NCBI GenBank assembly: GCA_029261275.1
Contig: JAJDBR010000109.1
Location: forward strand, 2,627 to 66,626
From: Nitrospirales bacterium
Lineage (GTDB): Bacteria; Nitrospirota; Nitrospiria; Nitrospirales; UBA8639
DNA: 64,000 nucleotides
Direction: 5' to 3'
A model generated the notes under the pieces. That model was not told the origin of the DNA. It saw only the letters and a program-made list of their open reading frames with translations, and did no database searches. Every line of letters begins with the position of its first letter. Within the stretch, counting starts at the first letter, position 1. Below are positions 58,632 to 64,000 of this stretch, one piece after another. The position numbers and the translations under genes were made by a program.

Positions 58632-60614
58632 ATGCCTAACGCGTTTTACGTCACTACCCCAATTTACTATGTCAATGATGTGCCACATATCGGCCATGCC
58701 TATACCACGATTGCGGCAGATGTCTTGGCTCGACTGGCTCGACTACGAGGTGATGCCGTTTTTTTCCTCACAGGGTTGGACGAACATGGCCAAAAAGTTC
58801 AGCAAGCGGCAGCGAAGGCTGGCATTGACCCGCAAACCCATTGCGATCAGCTTATGCCAAAATTCAAGGATTTATGGGAGAAATTGAATATTTCACAGGA
58901 TGGCTTTATTCGCACCACCGACGCTCAACACCAGACAATTGTGCAACACTGCTTGCAAACCCTGTATGACAAGGGATTGATTTACCAAGCAGAGTACACA
59001 GGATGGTACTGCACATTCGATGAGCGGTTTTGGACAGAGAAGGATGTGCTGGAGGGACTCTGCCCAGATTGCCGACGGCCGGTAGAACAGGTCAGTGAGC
59101 GAAACTACTTTTTTCGCATGAGCCAATTTCAAGATCAACTCAAAGAACATATCCACACACATCCCGAATTTATTCAGCCTGACTCCCGACGCAATGAAGT
59201 CATCGGGTTTTTACAAAAGCCGCTGGGAGATCTGTCCATCTCTCGACCAAAGTCCCGCCTCTCCTGGGGCATCGAATTGCCATTTGACCGAGATTGTGTC
59301 GCCTATGTGTGGTTCGATGCCTTAGTAAATTACATCTCGGCCTTAGAATATCTCTCCGCCCATCCTGATGCGCCAACATTTTGGCCTGCGTCGGTCCATT
59401 TGGTGGGTAAAGATATTCTGACAACTCACGCCGTCTATTGGTCGACCATGCTCATGGGTATGGAGCGCCCCTTACCACAATGCCTCTTCGCCCATGGATG
59501 GTGGACAGTGGAAGGGGAAAAGATGTCGAAAAGTCGTGGGAATGTCGTGGATCCGTCTGCCATGATCGAAGAATTTGGCACAGACGCCTTTCGATATTTC
59601 CTTCTGCGCGAAGTACCCTTTGGCCAAGATGGAAATTTTTCACTTGCGGCCTTTCATAGCCGGTACCAGGCCGAACTCGCGAATGACTTAGGAAACCTCG
59701 TATCTCGAACGTTAGCCATGCTTGGAAATTTTTCCCAACATACCGTTCCTCACCCTGATCCCCAAACAGAAACGGAGTTCGATCACCAACTCCAACAGAC
59801 CACATCAACGCTTTTTGGAACAATAGAAGAACACCTCCATCGTTTTGAATTTCATCGTGCCTTGGAAGCGATTATGGGTTTGGTGCAATTGGCCAACCAA
59901 TATATCGACAAAACTGCGCCATGGATCTTAGCGAAAGATCCTGCCAGGGCAGCAAGACTTCAGACCGTGCTGTTTCACCTTGCAGAAACACTACGGTTCC
60001 TCAGCTATGCGCTTACTCCATTTATGCCGCACACAGCAGAAGCCATGAACAGGCGATTGGGATTGACGGCAGACATTTCAACTTCTCTGCTATCCAACTA
60101 TCCACCTTGGGGTACATATACCTACAACAATCCGGTCAGCAAAGGCACAGCACTGTTTCCCAAGAAAGACATCCCCGCCACACAGGGCTCCCAAACAACA
60201 CCAACCTCTTCACCTCCGGCGAGCAAAAACCCACAAGCATTGGGTTCATCTGGCAAATCTTCCCCACTTGCCATACCCACGGACGACACTCCGCAGATTG
60301 GAATTGATGAGTTCATGAAAGTCCAGCTGAAAATGGCCAAAATTCTAGAAGCCGAGCGGGTACCAAAGTCTTCAAAGCTCTTAAAGCTCCAAGTAGATAT
60401 GGGAACGCAACAACGTCAGATTGTGGCAGGCATTGGCAAGAAGTATGCGCCGGAAGAATTGGTAGGAAAAACCATCGTGGTCGTAGCCAATCTCAAGCCG
60501 GCTAAGCTGATGGGAGTCGAATCACAAGGCATGGTCCTCGCTGCCGGCGAGAAGGATATGCTCGGATTACTCGGGGTAGCTGAAGACCTCCCCCCTGGCA
60601 CCACAGTCAAATAA
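58632..60614 (+). CDS. metG: Methionine--tRNA ligase with C-terminal tRNA-binding domain
   Basis: PHIGHAY, KMSKS, YVWFDAL, C-terminal ANLKPAKLMGVESQGM. Confidence 0.98.
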   Translation: MPNAFYVTTPIYYVNDVPHIGHAYTTIAADVLARLARLRGDAVFFLTGLDEHGQKVQQAAAKAGIDPQTHCDQLMPKFKDLWEKLNISQDGFIRTTDAQHQTIVQHCLQTLYDKGLIYQAEYTGWYCTFDERFWTEKDVLEGLCPDCRRPVEQVSERNYFFRMSQFQDQLKEHIHTHPEFIQPDSRRNEVIGFLQKPLGDLSISRPKSRLSWGIELPFDRDCVAYVWFDALVNYISALEYLSAHPDAPTFWPASVHLVGKDILTTHAVYWSTMLMGMERPLPQCLFAHGWWTVEGEKMSKSRGNVVDPSAMIEEFGTDAFRYFLLREVPFGQDGNFSLAAFHSRYQAELANDLGNLVSRTLAMLGNFSQHTVPHPDPQTETEFDHQLQQTTSTLFGTIEEHLHRFEFHRALEAIMGLVQLANQYIDKTAPWILAKDPARAARLQTVLFHLAETLRFLSYALTPFMPHTAEAMNRRLGLTADISTSLLSNYPPWGTYTYNNPVSKGTALFPKKDIPATQGSQTTPTSSPPASKNPQALGSSGKSSPLAIPTDDTPQIGIDEFMKVQLKMAKILEAERVPKSSKLLKLQVDMGTQQRQIVAGIGKKYAPEELVGKTIVVVANLKPAKLMGVESQGMVLAAGEKDMLGLLGVAEDLPPGTTVK

Positions 60615-60643
60615 CGGAGAGAGAAGCAGAAGGCCTCTTTTTT

Positions 60644-62044
60644 TTAATACGCCTCCTTATGAAAAAACCCTTTCCAACACGTGAGGAACATAATTTTCAC
60701 ATCCAACCATAATGACCAATGTTCAATGTAATACATATCAAGAGCTAATCGCTGTTCCCACGATGTATTCCCTCGGAACCCATTCACCTGAGCCCATCCC
60801 GTAATGCCCGCCTTCATTTTGTGCCGCAAATTATATTGTGGAAATTGCTCTCGAAACTTATGAATGAACTCAGGCCGTTCTGGGCGTGGGCCCACGATAC
60901 TCATTTCTCCCATCAAGACGTTCCAAAACTGGGGAAGTTCATCCAAGCTTGCTTGCCGGAGTCTCTTCCCCAGGACGGTGCACCTCGCATCCCCTGACTG
61001 CGCCCAAACCGGCCCAGTTTCTGATTCAGCATTCAGATTCATGGTTCGAAATTTGATAATGTCAAACGAACTCCCATCCAACCCAATACGCTTCTGCCGG
61101 TACAACACAGGGCCAGGAGAGGTCATTTTAATGAGTCCAGCAATCAGGCCCATAAGAGGCAAGGTCAACGCCAAAGCCATAAGAGATCCCGCCACGTCAA
61201 ACCAGCGCTTGAGAAACAGATTCCATCCATACAGTGGGGACCCTTGTAACGTAATAATGGGCAACCCACCGAATATTTCGGCCTCCGCTCGAAGCGTAAT
61301 AAACTCATAAATCGAAGGAATAATTTTCACTTCAGCGGTCGTCGTGGACAGAATGTCCATCAGCCGCTGTGCTTCATTTTCCATAGCAGGCGGCAAACAC
61401 AAAAAAACGACATCCACTTGCGGAGTAAACAAATCTCGCGCTTGCTTGAACGTGCCAATGACAGGGACTCCCTGCAACACCTGTCCAACCTTACTTCCAT
61501 TTCTGGAAAGATACCCCCCCACTTTCAACCCTAACTCAGGATGTGCATGAAGGGTTTGAACTAATCGTTGTCCTAACGTTCCCGCTCCAATGACCACCAC
61601 ATGCCGCTGGTTATACCCTAACCGACGAAGCAGCCGCATGATTTCCCGGAATACCATCCGAGAAAACCCCAAGACCACTAAATTTAACACCCAAAAATAC
61701 AGAATAACCAACCTGGAAAAATCATATGTCTTCAAGAAAAACGAAAGGGCGACGAGGATTAAAATACAGAGGGAATTGGCTTTGGCCAAATCAACAAATT
61801 CGGCCAAATGAGACCCCATTCGACGCGGACGATATAAATGTAAAGACGAAAAACAAATTCCCCACACAAGAAGAATGGGAATAATCAGCCACAGATAGGG
61901 TTCAATGGGGGGGATACCCTTGGTTACCGGGAAAAACGTAACGGAAAAACGAATGAAATACGCCGCGACCCAGCAACCACTGATGAGGAGGAGGTCAGAG
62001 AGAAAGAGGAGGTTTTTGAAAAATTCAGAATGCCGTTTTAGCAT
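60644..62044 (-). CDS. wcaJ: Undecaprenyl-phosphate glucose phosphotransferase (priming glycosyltransferase)
   Basis: N-terminal TMs, CoA-binding-like middle domain, KFRTM, LDELPQFWNV, GPRPERP, GITGWAQVNG. Confidence 0.92.
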   Translation of the reverse strand: MLKRHSEFFKNLLFLSDLLLISGCWVAAYFIRFSVTFFPVTKGIPPIEPYLWLIIPILLVWGICFSSLHLYRPRRMGSHLAEFVDLAKANSLCILILVALSFFLKTYDFSRLVILYFWVLNLVVLGFSRMVFREIMRLLRRLGYNQRHVVVIGAGTLGQRLVQTLHAHPELGLKVGGYLSRNGSKVGQVLQGVPVIGTFKQARDLFTPQVDVVFLCLPPAMENEAQRLMDILSTTTAEVKIIPSIYEFITLRAEAEIFGGLPIITLQGSPLYGWNLFLKRWFDVAGSLMALALTLPLMGLIAGLIKMTSPGPVLYRQKRIGLDGSSFDIIKFRTMNLNAESETGPVWAQSGDARCTVLGKRLRQASLDELPQFWNVLMGEMSIVGPRPERPEFIHKFREQFPQYNLRHKMKAGITGWAQVNGFRGNTSWEQRLALDMYYIEHWSLWLDVKIMFLTCWKGFFHKEAY

Positions 62045-63177
62045 AAATGGGACTGACGATACTGATGGTAAGTCGCCATAATTACCTGCTTAAGGTGCGC
62101 CTTGAAATGTTCGCGGTCAAAGGCTTCGACATGCGCCCTAATAGCCTGCGCCTCAAATTCACTTCTTCGCTGTTCAAACAACTGAATGGCATCGCAGAGA
62201 CCATTCACCGTCTGATCATAAAAAAAGACACCTGTTGGGGGGAAGGCCCCATTGGTTGGATTCACGGGATTGACACTTTCTAGCACTCCGCCTTTTCCAT
62301 AGGCAATCACAGGTTTCCCGCTAGCCATGGCCTCTAACGGCACGATACCAAAATCTTCCTCACCTGGAAAGAGGACGGCCCGGCATTGCCCGTACAATTC
62401 TCGAACTCGTTCATCACTTATCCAACCCAAAAACTCCACGGTGGGCCCGGCCAACTGCTTTAGTCGCCTTTCTTCCTGGCCTTGTCCAACAATTTTCAAA
62501 TGGAGGTGTAACTGGTTGGCGACCTGAATAGCCAAATCCACTTTCTTATAGGGCGCAAAGGCCGTGACCATCAAGAAAAATCCGGCATCCTCCTCTGAAG
62601 CCTCACACGCATGCCAATTGACGGGTGGATGCACCACTGAAGCCTCACGCCCATACTGATGCTTGATCCGCTCAGCCACATTAGAGGAATTGGCAATAAA
62701 CCCATGCACAGAAGCATTGGACTGCACATCCCACCGTTGAAGACGTTTTCGAAAAATGGTCATCCCTATTTTCCCAAAGCTGGGAAATCCCCCCGCTCCA
62801 AAATACTGGTCATGACCATCCCATATATACCGCATGGGTGTATGAACGTACGAGATATGGCAAGTCCCCTCAGGCACTCGTATCCCTTTTGCCACACAAT
62901 GACTGGAACTAAGAACCAAATCGAAATGGTCAAACGTAAACGATCGGATAGCAGACGGGAACAGAGGAAGGCAGTATCGATAGAGCTTCCCAACGTTCGG
63001 AATGGCGTTCAAAAAACTTGGGGAAATTTCATGGCCCTCAATGGTTTCGGAAACACTGCCTTTCACATGCACCAGAGTATAAATCGGCGCATCAGGAAAC
63101 AGCTCACACAACCCTTCCAAGCACCGCTCCCCTCCTCGCATCCCGGTCAGCCAATCATGAACAAGAGCCACCTTCAT
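62038..63177 (-). CDS. Glycosyltransferase family 4
   Basis: ALVHDWL..MRGGE, YVHTPMRY, EDFGIVPLEAMASG. Confidence 0.94.
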   Translation of the reverse strand: MKVALVHDWLTGMRGGERCLEGLCELFPDAPIYTLVHVKGSVSETIEGHEISPSFLNAIPNVGKLYRYCLPLFPSAIRSFTFDHFDLVLSSSHCVAKGIRVPEGTCHISYVHTPMRYIWDGHDQYFGAGGFPSFGKIGMTIFRKRLQRWDVQSNASVHGFIANSSNVAERIKHQYGREASVVHPPVNWHACEASEEDAGFFLMVTAFAPYKKVDLAIQVANQLHLHLKIVGQGQEERRLKQLAGPTVEFLGWISDERVRELYGQCRAVLFPGEEDFGIVPLEAMASGKPVIAYGKGGVLESVNPVNPTNGAFPPTGVFFYDQTVNGLCDAIQLFEQRRSEFEAQAIRAHVEAFDREHFKAHLKQVIMATYHQYRQSHLC

Positions 63178-63249
63178 GATAAATCGTACGCACTACTCAT
63201 CACAAAAACTAATGAGATACATCGAACAAAGGAGTCATTGAAAATTCAT

Positions 63250-64000
63250 TCATCCAAAAACAAATTGCCGAATCTTTTGTCTCACAAGCTCTTTACTCCA
63301 AATGGGCAAAAACTGTTTTTGCAAATAGGCATTTGTGACCCTTCGCTTGGCTTGAACTTCTTTCCGCTTCTTCATCATTCGAGGGAAAAGTTTAACCGCA
63401 TCCCTCTTCCCCTTGAAAAATGGCTTCCATTTTCCATGTCGAAGGCCAAGATATAACAACGAACCCAATTCTTGGATTAGCTTGTGATGCGCATAGCGCA
63501 GCATTAATTCTTTTGGCATATTTTTCAGCCAAAGAAATTCCAGATTCCTGACATGATAATACACGTGAAGGTCGCTCAAATTTCCAATCGTGGCATTCAC
63601 CTTATGATAGACCAAGGCAGAGGGAACATATGTACAGTTCCACCCTGCCAACTGGGCTCTAAAATTTAAGTCCGTATCTTCGTCATTAAAGAAGAAATCT
63701 TCGTCGAGAAACCCGATATCATCGAGCATGGTTCGTCTATAGAGGGCTGCTGCAGCGCACGCGCCAAAAATATTTTGTTCATCCCCATACAAGTGGGGAT
63801 CCCCTCCACAACCACGCTTAAGCCCAACACCCCAACTCGTTAACATATCACCAGCAGAATCAATCTTACCCGTCGTTTCGACAAGGAGTTTGGACGCACA
63901 AATTCCCACTGAAGCATTTTTCTTCATGGGGACGACTAAGTTCTCCAACCATGTTGCTTCCACACGAGTATCATTGTTAAGGAGGGCAATGAATTCCCCC
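63250..64000 (-). CDS. Glycosyltransferase family 2, partial (starts beyond window end)
   Basis: Frame open to window edge: GEFIALLNNDT, GACAAAALYR, EDTDLNFR. Confidence 0.92.
   Translation of the reverse strand, partial: GEFIALLNNDTRVEATWLENLVVPMKKNASVGICASKLLVETTGKIDSAGDMLTSWGVGLKRGCGGDPHLYGDEQNIFGACAAAALYRRTMLDDIGFLDEDFFFNDEDTDLNFRAQLAGWNCTYVPSALVYHKVNATIGNLSDLHVYYHVRNLEFLWLKNMPKELMLRYAHHKLIQELGSLLYLGLRHGKWKPFFKGKRDAVKLFPRMMKKRKEVQAKRRVTNAYLQKQFLPIWSKELVRQKIRQFVFG

Noticed and set aside
60618-60646. Bidirectional terminator between metG and wcaJ
   Set aside because: A T8 tract is present, but the stem is only 5-6 bp with a mismatch; too weak to list as a feature.
62659-63456. 265-aa plus-strand ORF and other long antisense ORFs (e.g. 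27467-27965, 60864-61310, 45492-45974 beyond the CPBP relic)
   Set aside because: Shadow frames opposite well-supported genes, with no motifs.
1-64000. tRNA, rRNA, integrase or transposase genes
   Set aside because: No T-loop/cloverleaf, rRNA-like stretch, or DDE/tyrosine/serine recombinase motif was found by eye.

Overview
Bacterial chromosomal window, gene-dense and of moderate GC. The gene styles (many PAS/REC signalling genes, a DUF3365/Tll0287-like heme protein, small exported OB-fold paralogs, WcaJ/rfb/glm block) suggest Nitrospirota, probably Nitrospirales; this is an inference, not a database result. Layout from left to right: (1) LOG-family 3' end, beta-CASP MBL hydrolase, dodecin, PPK2, MscS and a B12-binding radical SAM protein. 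(2) A signalling cluster: stand-alone REC, a histidine kinase with an N-terminal Rossmann (GxGxxG) domain, a dCache-HAMP-PAS kinase and an exported monoheme c protein. (3) A MarR-SDR(pseudogene, two in-frame TAA)-DsbA-YceI operon. (4) Cupin, two secreted unknowns and a Pal-like lipoprotein with a long linker. (5) An OxyR / di-heme cytochrome c peroxidase divergon with an OxyR-type box, then an FAD oxidoreductase. (6) An accessory stretch (about 23.2-30.6 kb) with two secreted zinc metalloproteases carrying tandem C-terminal repeats, a DUF4124-like protein and an acidic lipoprotein, flanked by decayed DNA. (7) A second MarR paralog heading a DoxX-VOC-VOC-pirin-GST(omega-like)-SnoaL-fumarase run. 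(8) A REC protein and a large PAS/GAF hybrid kinase. (9) Housekeeping and envelope genes: thiD, hydrolase, gamma-CA, epimerase, malic enzyme, uppP, rfbDCAB, glmS, glmU, tmk, holB, metG, wcaJ, two glycosyltransferases. No rRNA, tRNA, CRISPR array or intact transposase was seen. Best leads: the Rossmann-kinase / heme c / dCache-kinase cluster, the metalloprotease island with a possible in-trans inhibitor or chaperone lipoprotein, and an orphan structured RNA candidate at about 12.6-12.8 kb.
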